34,199 nt of DNA from Desulfobacteraceae bacterium (GCA_050050615.1 JASFTV010000003.1:1-34199), one strand, 5' to 3'. Positions 1 through 10,344 are shown, counted from the stretch's first letter. Program-made: numbers and translations. Notes: generated by a model not told the origin, from the sequence alone.

Positions 1-30
1 ATTGGCTGTGAAGGTGCTCCGCCCGCCTTT

Positions 31-129
31 GCTACCCCTTTTTGCATAACTGTTCCTCGATGCCCTTCGTTTTTGAAAAGAGACCCCCATGCCTCGCACG
101 AAGCACTGATTCGTTCTTGGACAAGAATG
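31..129 (-). repeat. Dispersed 99-bp repeat, copy A (one end of an IS/MITE-like family; terminus CATTCTTGTCCAAGAACGAATC on the minus strand)
   Basis: Aligns without gaps to 8187-8285 (shared CTTCGTTTTTGAAAAGAGACCCCCATG and CTCGCACGAAGCAC). The same terminus recurs at 29845 and 10345. Confidence 0.8.
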
Positions 130-184
130 ATTAAGGTTACTTAAGGAACACCAGAGGAGGTCAGGGAAGAAGGCCACTCTTTCA

Positions 185-670
185 TCATGCGGCCATGTCC
201 TGTTTGACGGCGTCTATGATCTCCATGACCCTTGGATGCCGACCTGATAGCGTGATTTGGCGGCGATTGTCACTGAGGATAAGGAGTTCCACCTTTATGG
301 TCTGATCCGGGAGGATTTCCGGCCATCGATCTGCCCATTCCAGCACGACCACACCGCCGCTGTAAAGATACTCTTCAAGACCTGCTGAGAGGAGCTCCGA
401 GAGACTCTCCAGCCGATAGATATCCATATGGAAAAGGGTCAGTCTGCCCTCATACTCATTGACGAGGGCGAAGGAGGGGCTTGTAACCACGGTGCTTGGG
501 TTGACACCCAGGCCAAGGGCGATGCCCTTGGCGAGCCATGTTTTTCCGCTTCCCAATTCGCCGGCCAGTGCGACAACATCCGCCTTTTCCAGGAAAGCGC
601 CAAGCCTCTGGCCAAATTTGATCGTTTGTTGATCAGAATCCGTGATTACTGTGAAATCTTCGATCTTCAA
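185..670 (-). CDS. tsaE: tRNA threonylcarbamoyladenosine biosynthesis ATPase TsaE
   Basis: GELGSGKT Walker A, VTSPSFALVNEY, HMDIYRL and LEWAD motifs. The ORF track starts at 796, overlapping nnr; TTG at 670 gives a typical length of about 160 aa. Confidence 0.93.
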   Translation of the reverse strand: MKIEDFTVITDSDQQTIKFGQRLGAFLEKADVVALAGELGSGKTWLAKGIALGLGVNPSTVVTSPSFALVNEYEGRLTLFHMDIYRLESLSELLSAGLEEYLYSGGVVVLEWADRWPEILPDQTIKVELLILSDNRRQITLSGRHPRVMEIIDAVKQDMAA

Positions 671-689
671 GGGGCAATAGCCGTAAGCG

Positions 690-698
690 ATTATAACA
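690..698 (-). promoter_or_regulatory. Putative extended -10 sigma70 promoter for tsaE (TGTTATAAT)
   Basis: Perfect TG-N-TATAAT on the minus strand about 20 nt upstream of the TTG at 670. Confidence 0.45.
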
Positions 699-731
699 TC
701 TATGAATTTTTGGAAAAAGAAAATGACACCC

Positions 732-2336
732 TTACAGGGCATGGTAGAAATCAGCATGGGGCGGCAGGGATTCCAAAGGCCAATCTCCGCGGGCAAGTGA
801 AGCCGTTAACGCAGGCAGCACCGTGAGCAGTTCGCTTGCCAAAACACCGGACTCTCCCATATCCTCTGCCAAAAGGTCTGCTGCCAATCCATGAAGGTAA
901 GCACCGCCAATGGCCGCTTTCGCCAGAGACCATCCTCTAGCCAGAAACCCTGCGATCAGTCCCGTCAGGACATCACCGGACCCACCACTCGAGAGGGCCG
1001 GATTGCCCGTTGGATTCACATAGATTTGACCCGCAGGTTCTGCGATCACGGTTCGGGCGCCTTTCAAAACCAGGAAGCAGTCATGTTCCTGAGCGAACCT
1101 GGCAGACGTTCCAACACGGTCAGCCTGCACATCTACATTGTTCAATCCTGCCAATCTCGCCATTTCACCCGGATGAGGCGTGAGAATAACCCTTCCTTTG
1201 CAATGGCCGAGGACATCCAAGTGGCCGGACAGGGCGTTGAGACCATCGGCGTCAATGACCATCGGTAAGGGGCAGTCAGAAATGATCCGTCTTACCAGGG
1301 CGCTTGTTTCCTGATGGGTTGACAGGCCGGGCCCGAGAGTCACAGCCGTCTTCCCCTCCATGAGTTGATGAATCTCTTTCTCAGCCTGCAGGGATAGACT
1401 GCCATCTTCGGTTTCCGGCAAAGGGGTCGTCATCGCCTCAGTCAGCTTGTTTTCAAGAATGACATTCAGGCTTCCCGGCACACCCACGGTAACCAGGCCT
1501 GCCCCGGCTCTGAGTGCTCCAACCGCCGTCATGGTTGCGGCACCCGTTTTTCCTGTTGACCCGGCCAATACGAGGAGATGTCCCCGGTCACCCTTGTGAA
1601 TATCCGGTTTTTCAATGTTGAGGAGACCGCTGAAATCATGCGGTTCAATCAGGCGATATCTGGCGGGAACCCGTCGAGCCACACCCTCTGGAATACCGAT
1701 GTCAATCTTGGCCAATCGACCGACAAGATCTGCTCCAGGAAAAAGGAGTTGCCCCAATTTGGGGAAGCCGAATGTGACGGTCAGGTCCGCCTTGACAGCG
1801 AGGCCCATGATCTGGCCTGTGTCAGCGTTGAGACCGGAAGGGATATCGATCGCCATGAGCGGTTTTCTTGATGCATTTACCTCTTCTATCACTTGTCCGT
1901 AAAATCCTTTGACCGGAGAACTTAACCCTGTCCCAAGGATACCATCAATGATGTAGTCGGCGTCCAAGGTCAGGTGCCGGTGCGTATTCCATTCATCGCG
2001 GCTGGGGACCTCCGATACGTCAAGCCCCATGCGTCTGATAATCTCCAGATTTATCAAGGCGTCCCCGGAGATTTTCTCAAGTTTTGCAAGAACGATGACC
2101 GAGATTTTCAGGCCTGCATTGTGAAGGTATCTGGCCATGACATAGGCGTCTCCCCCATTGTTGCCACGGCCGCAGAGCAGGAGAACATGGGCATTCGGGG
2201 GGGGAGCAAAATGGTCCAGAAATATTCTGGTGGCTCCCCGAGCGGCATTCTCCATAAGTACCACGCCGGGAACCCCCATTTCCTCAATCGTCAGTCGATC
2301 CATTTCCTGCATTTCAGAGGACTTCACCAGTCTCAT
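732..2336 (-). CDS. nnr: Bifunctional NAD(P)H-hydrate epimerase/dehydratase (YjeF/Nnr)
   Basis: LMENAA, CGRGNNGGD, IDGILGTG, DIPSG, HKGDRG, IDADGLN, TPHPGE and GGSGDVL motifs. ATG at 2336 has a GGAGG RBS. Confidence 0.95.
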   Translation of the reverse strand: MRLVKSSEMQEMDRLTIEEMGVPGVVLMENAARGATRIFLDHFAPPPNAHVLLLCGRGNNGGDAYVMARYLHNAGLKISVIVLAKLEKISGDALINLEIIRRMGLDVSEVPSRDEWNTHRHLTLDADYIIDGILGTGLSSPVKGFYGQVIEEVNASRKPLMAIDIPSGLNADTGQIMGLAVKADLTVTFGFPKLGQLLFPGADLVGRLAKIDIGIPEGVARRVPARYRLIEPHDFSGLLNIEKPDIHKGDRGHLLVLAGSTGKTGAATMTAVGALRAGAGLVTVGVPGSLNVILENKLTEAMTTPLPETEDGSLSLQAEKEIHQLMEGKTAVTLGPGLSTHQETSALVRRIISDCPLPMVIDADGLNALSGHLDVLGHCKGRVILTPHPGEMARLAGLNNVDVQADRVGTSARFAQEHDCFLVLKGARTVIAEPAGQIYVNPTGNPALSSGGSGDVLTGLIAGFLARGWSLAKAAIGGAYLHGLAADLLAEDMGESGVLASELLTVLPALTASLARGDWPLESLPPHADFYHAL

Positions 2337-2715
2337 GGATTTCCTCCAGAACCACCATAGCGATCCCATATTGACCCTCATCTGAGAGACTCAGATGCAG
2401 ACGTGTGATCCTTTTGTCGCGACAGATCTCAGATGAACGGCCTTGGAGTTTTATGCCGGGCTTTCCGCCAGGAAAATGAAAGACCTCAATATCCCTCCAT
2501 CTTAGGCCATTCCTCATGCCAAGGCCGAGGGCCTTGGAAAAAGCCTCCTTTGCCGCAAAACGGAGAGCAAAGGAGGAGGCAGGATTTGCCCTTTTGAAAC
2601 AGGTTTCCGCCTCATTGTCAGTAAATACCCTGCGGATGAAGCGATCTCCCCACCTATTCAGCACCTCTTCCATTCGGCCTATGTTGACGAGATCAATGCC
2701 TATGCCGTAAATCAT
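2314..2715 (-). CDS. acpS: Holo-[acyl-carrier-protein] synthase
   Basis: GIGIDLV, RFAAKEAFSKALG, GKP and LSLSD motifs; follows pdxJ, a common arrangement. Confidence 0.95.
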   Translation of the reverse strand: MIYGIGIDLVNIGRMEEVLNRWGDRFIRRVFTDNEAETCFKRANPASSFALRFAAKEAFSKALGLGMRNGLRWRDIEVFHFPGGKPGIKLQGRSSEICRDKRITRLHLSLSDEGQYGIAMVVLEEIHETGEVL

Positions 2716-2786
2716 GAGAGGTGCCCAAAGTGTCTAAAGTGAGTAAATGTTCCACCTACAGCGAAGTGATGATGCCTTTTCTAGGG

Positions 2787-3500
2787 TTACTTGACAAGAT
2801 CGACCATTTCCCTGACTGCCTTCTCAAAACCCACAATGATCGCCCTGGCCACGATACTGTGTCCGATGCTGTACTCCTCGATGTTAGAAAGCGACTTGAA
2901 TCGCTTTATGTTGACATAATTGAGACCATGGCCAGCACTTATACCGAGCTTCAGTCTTTTGGCTGTCTCCACTGATCGGGCGATGCGCACGAACCGCTCC
3001 TGGGCTTCGGCCTCAGACCGAGCCTCAGAATAGTGGCCGGTATGAATCTCCACGATATCGGCTCCGATCTCACGAGAGACCTCTATTTGGCTGGGCTCTG
3101 GATCAATGAAAAAACTGATCTGGATCCCTTTCTCTCTTAATTGGTCAACAACTTTCTTGTACTGTTCAGGATTTGATCTTACATTCAGGCCGCCCTCCGT
3201 TGTAAGCTCTTCTCTCCTTTCAGGGACAAGGGTGACCAAATCCGGTTTGATATTCCGGGCGATGTGGACCATCTCATCCACGGCAGCCATCTCTAGATTA
3301 AGCTTGGTCTTGACAATCTGGCGAAGAAGCGTCAGGTCTCTGTCATTGATGTGTCGTCTGTCCTCTCTGAGATGGCAGATGATTCCCTCTGCCCCGGCCA
3401 ATTCTGCAATCCCGGCAGCCAGCACCGGGTCAGGTTCATGGATACCTCTTGCTTGGCGAACCGTGGCCACATGATCAACGTTAACGGCTAAACGTGCCAT
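2787..3500 (-). CDS. pdxJ: Pyridoxine 5'-phosphate synthase
   Basis: VNVDHVATVRQAR, HLREDRRHI, VPERREELTTEGGL, EIHTG, AGHGLNY and IGHSIV motifs; GAGGAGG RBS. Confidence 0.97.
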   Translation of the reverse strand: MARLAVNVDHVATVRQARGIHEPDPVLAAGIAELAGAEGIICHLREDRRHINDRDLTLLRQIVKTKLNLEMAAVDEMVHIARNIKPDLVTLVPERREELTTEGGLNVRSNPEQYKKVVDQLREKGIQISFFIDPEPSQIEVSREIGADIVEIHTGHYSEARSEAEAQERFVRIARSVETAKRLKLGISAGHGLNYVNIKRFKSLSNIEEYSIGHSIVARAIIVGFEKAVREMVDLVK

Positions 3501-3761
3501 GGTTTACACCTCCTCATCGCAAAGCGCTTCATCTCTCCTGTTGAAGGCGGTTTTCTGAAAGGCGGCCGAAGATAGGCTATTTACCGCTCAAAGACATAGA
3601 AAAATGAAGCTCTTCCGGGAAACGGGTGCGCATTCCAGTATAGACGTTTTGTCAAAGAGAAAAACCTTGTCCTCTTACGAGTTGGTTTATTTTATCACGA
3701 GGCGTACCCATTTCCCGGAAGAGCCAAACTTGAAGCATCGTTCCAGGGTATTTCTTATCGG

Positions 3762-4220
3762 TCACCTTCCCTGGACCTCCTCCGACTCCTTAATCAGCGC
3801 AAGAAGCCTTTCTTCCTCTTTTTCCATTTGACGCGCTTCATGGGGGGATTTCTCATGATCGTAGTCCAGTAAATGCAAAATCCCATGAATGAGCAACCGA
3901 TAAATCGTCTCCTCCAACGGTTCTCCCAGGTTGTTAGATTCATCGACGGCCGTATCCAGCGAAATCACGACATCACCCAACATGCCGGATTCAACAAGGG
4001 GCGGGGGTCCCCCCGACATGGGGAAAGCCAGTACATTTGTCGGGCCTTCTCTTTTAAGATAGCGCTGGTTCAGTTCCGCGATATGTGTGCCATCGGTTAA
4101 CAGAACGCTCAACTCGCCATCATGACAGCCCAAGTCTTTTAAGACCATCTTCAGCTTCTGCTTTATCTTCTGGCTTCTTAGCCCCGTCATCCTGCGTTGG
4201 GAAATGATTTGTATTTCCAT
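3762..4220 (-). CDS. ybeY: rRNA maturation endoribonuclease YbeY
   Basis: LNQRY, TNVLAFP, LGDVVIS and HGILHLLDYDH metal motif. Probable start at ATG 4220 (alternative 4247). Confidence 0.93.
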   Translation of the reverse strand: MEIQIISQRRMTGLRSQKIKQKLKMVLKDLGCHDGELSVLLTDGTHIAELNQRYLKREGPTNVLAFPMSGGPPPLVESGMLGDVVISLDTAVDESNNLGEPLEETIYRLLIHGILHLLDYDHEKSPHEARQMEKEEERLLALIKESEEVQGR

Positions 4221-6594
4221 TTCGTGCCTTTTTTGAAGTTCTTGCAACAGCCTCCGGGTATTCGATGCGATGGTGAAAAATACCGCTAAGGGTCTTGTTG
4301 AAGCTTTTCGCTATCTGATGAAGGTCCTTCAAGGTGAGCTCGCATTCATCCAATTGACCGTCTGAAAAGGCTTTATTGACAATTTTCTGAACCATGCCCT
4401 GGATGCGGGCTGGGGTGGGATCTGCGAGAGATCTGGAAGCCGCCTCTACCATGTCTGCCAACATGACCAGCCCGGCCTCTTTGGTCTGGGGTTTTGGCCC
4501 GGGGTATCGGAAGTCTTCCTCTTTCACGTTGCTTGATTTAACCCCCTTAGCGACCATGCGATCCTTCGCCTTTTGATAGAAGAAAGTAATCAAGCTGCTT
4601 CCATGGTGCTGCCGTATAATGTCAATGATCTCCCTACCAAGCTTATGCTCTTTGGCCAACTCCACGCCATCCTTGACATGGGAAATAAGGATGAGACTGC
4701 TCATGGAAGGGGCAAGTTTTTCGTGTTTGTTCTCGCCCCCCCTCTGGTTCTCTACGAAGTAAAGGGGCTTTTTCATCTTGCCTATGTCGTGGTAATAAGC
4801 GCTTACTTTGGCCAGGAGCGGATTTGCCTGGACTGCTTTTGCGGTAGCCTCCACCATGTTGCTGATGATGACGCTGTGGTGGTAGGTGCCGGGCACCTGA
4901 ACCATGAGGTCCCTCAAAAGCGGCTGGTCAAGACTGCCAAGTTCAAGCAGTTTTATGTCCGTTGTGAAACCGAAGGACATCTCCACCAACGGCAAAATCC
5001 CTGTTGCAATGACACCGGCAAGTAATCCTCCGGTAAATCCACAAGCCGCAGACATGATGGACTCCAAAGAAAAGAAGGTGCCGTAGATCATCTCAACAGC
5101 AAAGGCCAGTACAATATTGATAAGCCCGACAATCAGGCCTGTTTTAATCAAGATCCCCCTTTCGTTGCAGTTTCTAACCCCATAGGCCGCCACAAGACTG
5201 CTGATGAAGAAGTAAACGAAGAACTCCACCCGACCGCCGGTGACAAGAGAGGAAAGCACGGAAATCAGCAATGAAAAGGTAACAGCCATCACTGGTCCTT
5301 GAAAGACGGATATGAGCATGGCTCCAGTGGCAACCGGCACAGCGAACAGAAGAGCGGTGGACGAAAAGGATGCAAAACCTCGTGCCAGTTCTTCGGCCAC
5401 AAAATTGTAAGCCCAGAAGAACACAAAAATCGACATCAACGTCAGAGAATTGAAGGCAAGGTTTCTCCCATCTCCCTTGAATGATTTGGTCCCTCTCAAA
5501 CCAACAACATAAACCACGGAGAAGAGGAGCCCGACCAGGATGGCCATAGCGGGTACACGGCCGATCATATCTATTCGCTCCAGGGACCGGGTCTCTTCTG
5601 AAAGCCTGAGAAGGTGTTCTTCACCTATTCTTTCTCCTTCCCTGACAAGCATTTCTCCTTGCTTAATCTTGAAATAGACGGGCTTAACCGATTTTCGGGC
5701 CAGTTCTTTCCTTGACTCTGTCTCTCTTTGGTTGAATGTAAGGTTCGGTTTGACAAGTGATTGGGCCAGTTTTATACATATATCGGCAAGCTCAGGAGGC
5801 CGCATCGTTCCTCCCAAGGCTTTCCCCCGGTTTTCGATGAAACCTTTTGCACCCGCTAAATCAAAAAACCGATCAAAATCGGTTACGTTTATCTCTTTTT
5901 TGGAATACATCTCATGGAGGACAATGCCTCCTTTTTCGATCTGGTTTATCAACATTGCCCTGTTCCCAACAATCCCACGCCTCGACACCTCGGTCACCAA
6001 TCGGATCACAGCATTCTCTGCCAGGTCGGGAAAACCGAATTTTGCGAGTTGGGCAAACAGATCCTCTTCAGGGGGTATCTCCAAGATACCAAAGAATCGA
6101 TTCATGATCGTATCGTAGTTCGGGGAGTCATCCGCAGAAGATTTTTCTTCCGAGGAGCTGCTCGCTTCATCCGGGCCATAGGGATCAAAGGCGCTGACCG
6201 CATGATCCCTCCCGATGTCAAACGCTTCCCTTATGGCGGGGACGAGGTGTAAGGGCGCGTTTTCAAAGTCATATACAGCGAGCACATCTTTTACCGCCTT
6301 TTCTCTGTCTTTTTCCGTCAACTCTTTGTTTTCAATTAGAAAATCATGGGATGCTTTAATATCTCTTTCGGCTATGTCTCCAAGCGCGTAAGTGGTGGGC
6401 TTGGTGAGGATATTCGGGAAAAGGAGGATAGAGATGATGAGGCTCATGGCGATTAGGGTTATCCATCGGAAGTGGTCAATGCGCAACCACTTGTCAGGCG
6501 GACTTGGAGGTTTCCCTCTGAGGGCGGGATCTCTTTCCGGTCTTTTTGAAGATTTCCCCTTTGGGACGGTCTTTATTTTTGTCTTCTCTGGCAT
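4120..6594 (-). CDS. pgpH: 7TM-HD (HDIG) phosphohydrolase, PgpH-like putative c-di-AMP phosphodiesterase
   Basis: N-terminal TM, large extracytoplasmic domain, multi-TM block, then PGTYHHS, YYHDIGK, HVKDG, QHHG, FRYPGPKPQTKE and MLAD. phoH-HD-ybeY order. Confidence 0.85.
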   Translation of the reverse strand: MPEKTKIKTVPKGKSSKRPERDPALRGKPPSPPDKWLRIDHFRWITLIAMSLIISILLFPNILTKPTTYALGDIAERDIKASHDFLIENKELTEKDREKAVKDVLAVYDFENAPLHLVPAIREAFDIGRDHAVSAFDPYGPDEASSSSEEKSSADDSPNYDTIMNRFFGILEIPPEEDLFAQLAKFGFPDLAENAVIRLVTEVSRRGIVGNRAMLINQIEKGGIVLHEMYSKKEINVTDFDRFFDLAGAKGFIENRGKALGGTMRPPELADICIKLAQSLVKPNLTFNQRETESRKELARKSVKPVYFKIKQGEMLVREGERIGEEHLLRLSEETRSLERIDMIGRVPAMAILVGLLFSVVYVVGLRGTKSFKGDGRNLAFNSLTLMSIFVFFWAYNFVAEELARGFASFSSTALLFAVPVATGAMLISVFQGPVMAVTFSLLISVLSSLVTGGRVEFFVYFFISSLVAAYGVRNCNERGILIKTGLIVGLINIVLAFAVEMIYGTFFSLESIMSAACGFTGGLLAGVIATGILPLVEMSFGFTTDIKLLELGSLDQPLLRDLMVQVPGTYHHSVIISNMVEATAKAVQANPLLAKVSAYYHDIGKMKKPLYFVENQRGGENKHEKLAPSMSSLILISHVKDGVELAKEHKLGREIIDIIRQHHGSSLITFFYQKAKDRMVAKGVKSSNVKEEDFRYPGPKPQTKEAGLVMLADMVEAASRSLADPTPARIQGMVQKIVNKAFSDGQLDECELTLKDLHQIAKSFNKTLSGIFHHRIEYPEAVARTSKKARNGNTNHFPTQDDGAKKPEDKAEAEDGLKRLGLS

Positions 6595-6733
6595 GATCGC
6601 AGGCTTTTTCGAAAAAAGTGCCTAATATAAGTGCTCAAACGAATGATTTCCATTTCCGAATGGGCACGAACTATTGATTAAAGACGAAACAGACGTTCAT
6701 TCTCCATTCTATGAGAGGCACCTTAGGCACCTC

Positions 6734-7732
6734 TTAGGTTTCTGATTCTTTGGTACCTTCCATTTTTTCATAAGCATCTATAATTTCCTGAACAAGAGGG
6801 TGTCTCACGACATCTTCTCTAGAGAAATAGACGAACCCGAGCCCCTTGATTCCCTCAAGGATATTCCTGGCCTCTATCAAACCGGACATCTTTCCCTGAG
6901 GCAGGTCTGTCTGGGTCACATCGCCGGTAATCACGGCCTTTGAGCTGAAACCAAGCCTGGTCAAAAACATTTTCATCTGTTCCGTGGTCGCATTTTGCGC
7001 TTCATCGAGGATGACAAATGAATCGTTCAGGGTTCTACCCCGCATAAAGGCCAAGGGGGCGACTTCAATGACACCCTTCTGGATAAGGCGCAACCCATCT
7101 TCAAAATCCATCATATCATGGAGAGCATCGTACAAGGGTCTCAGATAGGGATTCACCTTTTCGTAAAGGTCGCCAGGCAAAAAACCGAGGTGTTCCCCTG
7201 CTTCAACGGCCGGTCTGGTCAAGACAATCCGTTTTATCTCCTTTCTAAAAAGGGAGGCGACAGCCATGGCCATGGCCAAATAGGTTTTTCCGGTCCCTGC
7301 TGGGCCGATGCCGAAAACAATATCGAATTTCCTTATACTGTCAATATACGTTTTCTGGTTGATGCTTTTGGGTGCTATCACATTTTTGTTTGAGGTGATG
7401 TAAACCTTATCCAAAAAGATCCTGTTCAGGTCGGCAGACGGATCGCGACTTAATATCCTTATGGCATATTCCACATCGTTCACATAGATGGGATAGTCAT
7501 TTCTAAGGAGTTCATGGAGCTGATTCAACACATTTTCGGCCAGTTCAATCTCCCAGTCTCCACCTTGAAGATTGAATCGATTGCCCCTCACGTTAATAGA
7601 AACGCCTATCTTCTTCTCCAGGACTTGGAGGTGTGCGTTCTGCTCGCCACAAAGCATTCTGACCAAATCATGGTCAGGAAACGTTAGCTTTTTCATCATT
7701 TGGGGAGTTTCTGTTGCCAAGTTTCTTCCCAA
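6734..7732 (-). CDS. phoH: PhoH-family ATPase (YbeZ-like)
   Basis: GPAGTGKTYLA, RPAVEAGEHLGFLPGD, PLAFMRGRTL, DEAQN and DVVRHPLV motifs. The start may be ATG 7699. Confidence 0.93.
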   Translation of the reverse strand: MGRNLATETPQMMKKLTFPDHDLVRMLCGEQNAHLQVLEKKIGVSINVRGNRFNLQGGDWEIELAENVLNQLHELLRNDYPIYVNDVEYAIRILSRDPSADLNRIFLDKVYITSNKNVIAPKSINQKTYIDSIRKFDIVFGIGPAGTGKTYLAMAMAVASLFRKEIKRIVLTRPAVEAGEHLGFLPGDLYEKVNPYLRPLYDALHDMMDFEDGLRLIQKGVIEVAPLAFMRGRTLNDSFVILDEAQNATTEQMKMFLTRLGFSSKAVITGDVTQTDLPQGKMSGLIEARNILEGIKGLGFVYFSREDVVRHPLVQEIIDAYEKMEGTKESET

Positions 7733-7736
7733 TAAC

Positions 7737-8156
7737 TCATTCTCCTAACATCTGCATGACGATTTGTCGCTGCCTGGGTCTGTTGTCGAAGTCCAGCAGT
7801 ACAATTTGCTGCCATGTGCCAAGGCTGAGGTTGCCATCCAAAATCGGGATGTGAAGTGATGGACCGATTAAGGCAGAACGGACGTGGGAGTAACCATTTC
7901 CGTCGCCCCACCGTTCATTGTGCTCATAGTAAAGGTCCTCTGGCGCCATCCTCTCAATCGCCTTTCTCAAGTCATTGATGACGCCGCTTTCATATTCGAT
8001 GGTCGTAAGGGCCGCCGTGGATCCCGGTATGAAAAGGGTGACTGAGCCGTTCTTGATGGCTGATTCTCCCGCATTCCGACGCACACGGGGTGTCAGATCG
8101 ATAATATCTGTTTTTGCCGTGGTATTCACAAAAATGTGTTGGACCTCAATGGTCAT
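7737..8156 (-). CDS. yjbQ: YjbQ/UPF0047 family protein (secondary thiamine-phosphate synthase)
   Basis: GSTAALTTIE, YEHN..GDGNGYSHVR and LGTWQQIVLLDFD motifs. Confidence 0.9.
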   Translation of the reverse strand: MTIEVQHIFVNTTAKTDIIDLTPRVRRNAGESAIKNGSVTLFIPGSTAALTTIEYESGVINDLRKAIERMAPEDLYYEHNERWGDGNGYSHVRSALIGPSLHIPILDGNLSLGTWQQIVLLDFDNRPRQRQIVMQMLGE

Positions 8157-8186
8157 GGGAGTTCCTCTTGAGGTTGCCTGCTAACC

Positions 8187-8285
8187 GCTACCCCCGTTCG
8201 CATAGCCCTTCCCGCATTCTCTTCGTTTTTGAAAAGAGACCCCCATGACTCGCACGAAGCACCGATTCGTTTTTGAACAAGAATG
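8187..8285 (-). repeat. Dispersed 99-bp repeat, copy B
   Basis: Direct-orientation copy of 31-129, just upstream of yjbQ. Confidence 0.8.
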
Positions 8286-8905
8286 ACCGCCCCGATTGAC
8301 GCAAGAGATCTAAGTGAAAGACACCTCCGAAACAAAGGCGCGATAGAAACATGGCCCGTGCTTATCGACCATGACGTTCGTTTTGCACGGGCCTTATCAT
8401 AATCTCTCTGTGCCTGGACCCCATCTTCATGCGGATAAAAGAGTCATTTTCAAACCTGAGTTTTACTATCACAGGGCCGAACTTCATGCAAGAAAAAGGT
8501 ACAAGACCTTGATCTCCTGTTTCATAAAAATCCATTTCTTTGGCTCAATCATTTTATGCTAAACTTGGTAATTTTATTGAAAAGTTTGTTTTAGGAGTCA
8601 CGAATTACCTCTTGTAAGCTTGTGTCGGATGATTTTGAAGGAAGGTTCAGGAGAGATGGATAAATTCCTTTATCCGCGCATAGACGAAAGGTGTTCTGCA
8701 TCGATCATTACCGAAGATCAGGACGTGTTTTTTTGCTGTTCCGGAGCCCTTCTAAGACATCCTTAGCTCTTGGCTTTCCAATATAAGATTCCTGAGTTGC
8801 GATGACGAGAGGTTGGTGCAGCAAAGGCGATCCTTTCTAGAAAAAACGCCTTAACTTATGAGTATGGCTCCAGAGAAATGGATTGGTGAGGAGAGGTGGC
8901 ACGAT

Positions 8906-10324
8906 CTACCTTTGAGACTTTCTTGCGCTTGGAATACCCATATTTGAAACATTTGGACGTAATTTGCCTCTGACGAGTGATGCAAATATGCCTCCGAAGC
9001 AGAGAACAGAAAAGATGATAAACGCTGTTTTCAGGCTTTTCATAAAAACAGGATGGTACTCAACCGTAAGTTGGACCCTCCCGATGAATAGCGCAAACAC
9101 CAAGGTAGCGATGCCCATGCTGATCATCATGCCGAGGACACGCATTGTTGCTACGGTGCCTGAAGCGAGGCCGTAAAACCTCTTTTCAACGGAACTCATG
9201 ATGGCATTGGTATTGGGGGATGAGAAAAGGGCCAATCCAAAGCCGATGAAGATCAAGCTTGCGACGATGAATACCAGGGATGAGCCCGCTTTTAGAGAAG
9301 TGAAAATGAAGAGCCCAGCAGTGGTCAATGTCATGCCTGTGGAGGCCACAATTCTTGGCTCAATCCTGTCCGAAAGCCAGCCAGCAAAGGGCGAGCAAGC
9401 AGCCATGACAATAGGTTGCGAGACTAAAACGAGGCCGGCACTTTGGGGGCTGAGCCCTTTTATGTGCTGCAGATAGAGACTCAAGAGGAACGTGATGGCA
9501 AACGTTGCGCTGTAATTGATAAGTGCCGCGAGACTTGAAAATGCGAATACCCGGTTTGTTCTAAATAGACCTAGCTGGAAGACGGGATGCTCTACTCGTA
9601 TTTCCCATTTGATAAAGGCCAACAAAGCCAGAATTCCAAACAGGATAAGCCAGGTACTTCTTATTTCAGGGAGCAAAGAGATGCCATAAATGATTCCAAT
9701 GATGCCCATGCTATAGATGATAGAACCCGTCAAATCGAACTTCTCTCCCTTTGCCTCTGCCCACTCCTCTCTTAGTTTCCAAAGGAGAAGCGATATAATG
9801 ATCAGACCCAAAGGGACATTCACAAGAAAAACGCTTCTCCATGTGAAATGCTGGGTCAGAAGGCCACCGAGGAATGGTCCGAGGGAAAGCCCCACATACA
9901 CGGCAGCCACATTTATTCCTAGAACCTTGCCTCTGTCTTGGGGAGGAAAGACGGAGGTTAGAATCGCTATTCCAGTGGCGAAGATCATGGCGCTACCGAA
10001 GCCTTGAAAAACCCTGAAGCAAATAAGGGCTGGGGCTGAAAAGGCGATGGCGGAAAGGAAAGAGGAGACCGTGAAGATGATGATGCCGTAAGTAAAAATT
10101 CTTTTTCTTCCATGGATGTCCGCCAGCCTCCCAGAAGGGACAAGGGCGATACCCGCAGCCAAAAGATAGGAGGTCGCTACCCAAGTCAAAAGGAGGGCGT
10201 CAATGTTGAATTCCTTCTCAATGGAGGGGAGCGCAATGTTAATGGAAGAGCCCATAAAGGGGGTCATGAAAGAAGTCAAGGTGGCAATGATCAAAGCAGC
10301 CTTTTTTGTGCCCGCGTTATTCAC
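8906..10324 (-). CDS. MFS transporter, DHA2 (14-TMS drug:H+ antiporter) type
   Basis: Many hydrophobic segments; GRLADIHGRK motif A, RVFQGFG, GPFLGGLL..WRSVFLVNVPLG. GTG start with GGGAG RBS. Confidence 0.9.
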   Translation of the reverse strand: MNNAGTKKAALIIATLTSFMTPFMGSSINIALPSIEKEFNIDALLLTWVATSYLLAAGIALVPSGRLADIHGRKRIFTYGIIIFTVSSFLSAIAFSAPALICFRVFQGFGSAMIFATGIAILTSVFPPQDRGKVLGINVAAVYVGLSLGPFLGGLLTQHFTWRSVFLVNVPLGLIIISLLLWKLREEWAEAKGEKFDLTGSIIYSMGIIGIIYGISLLPEIRSTWLILFGILALLAFIKWEIRVEHPVFQLGLFRTNRVFAFSSLAALINYSATFAITFLLSLYLQHIKGLSPQSAGLVLVSQPIVMAACSPFAGWLSDRIEPRIVASTGMTLTTAGLFIFTSLKAGSSLVFIVASLIFIGFGLALFSSPNTNAIMSSVEKRFYGLASGTVATMRVLGMMISMGIATLVFALFIGRVQLTVEYHPVFMKSLKTAFIIFSVLCFGGIFASLVRGKLRPNVSNMGIPSARKSQR

Positions 10325-10344
10325 GAGAAACTCCCTTCATATAG

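Noticed and set aside
2720-2750. Short AAAGTG-type tandem repeat between pdxJ and acpS
   Set aside because: Only 2-3 degenerate units, too short to interpret.
31-8285. Composite transposon formed by the two 99-bp direct repeats
   Set aside because: The enclosed genes are core housekeeping, there is no transposase, and each repeat has only one element end.
8153-8335. 60-aa ORF upstream of yjbQ
   Set aside because: It is mostly composed of the 99-bp repeat.
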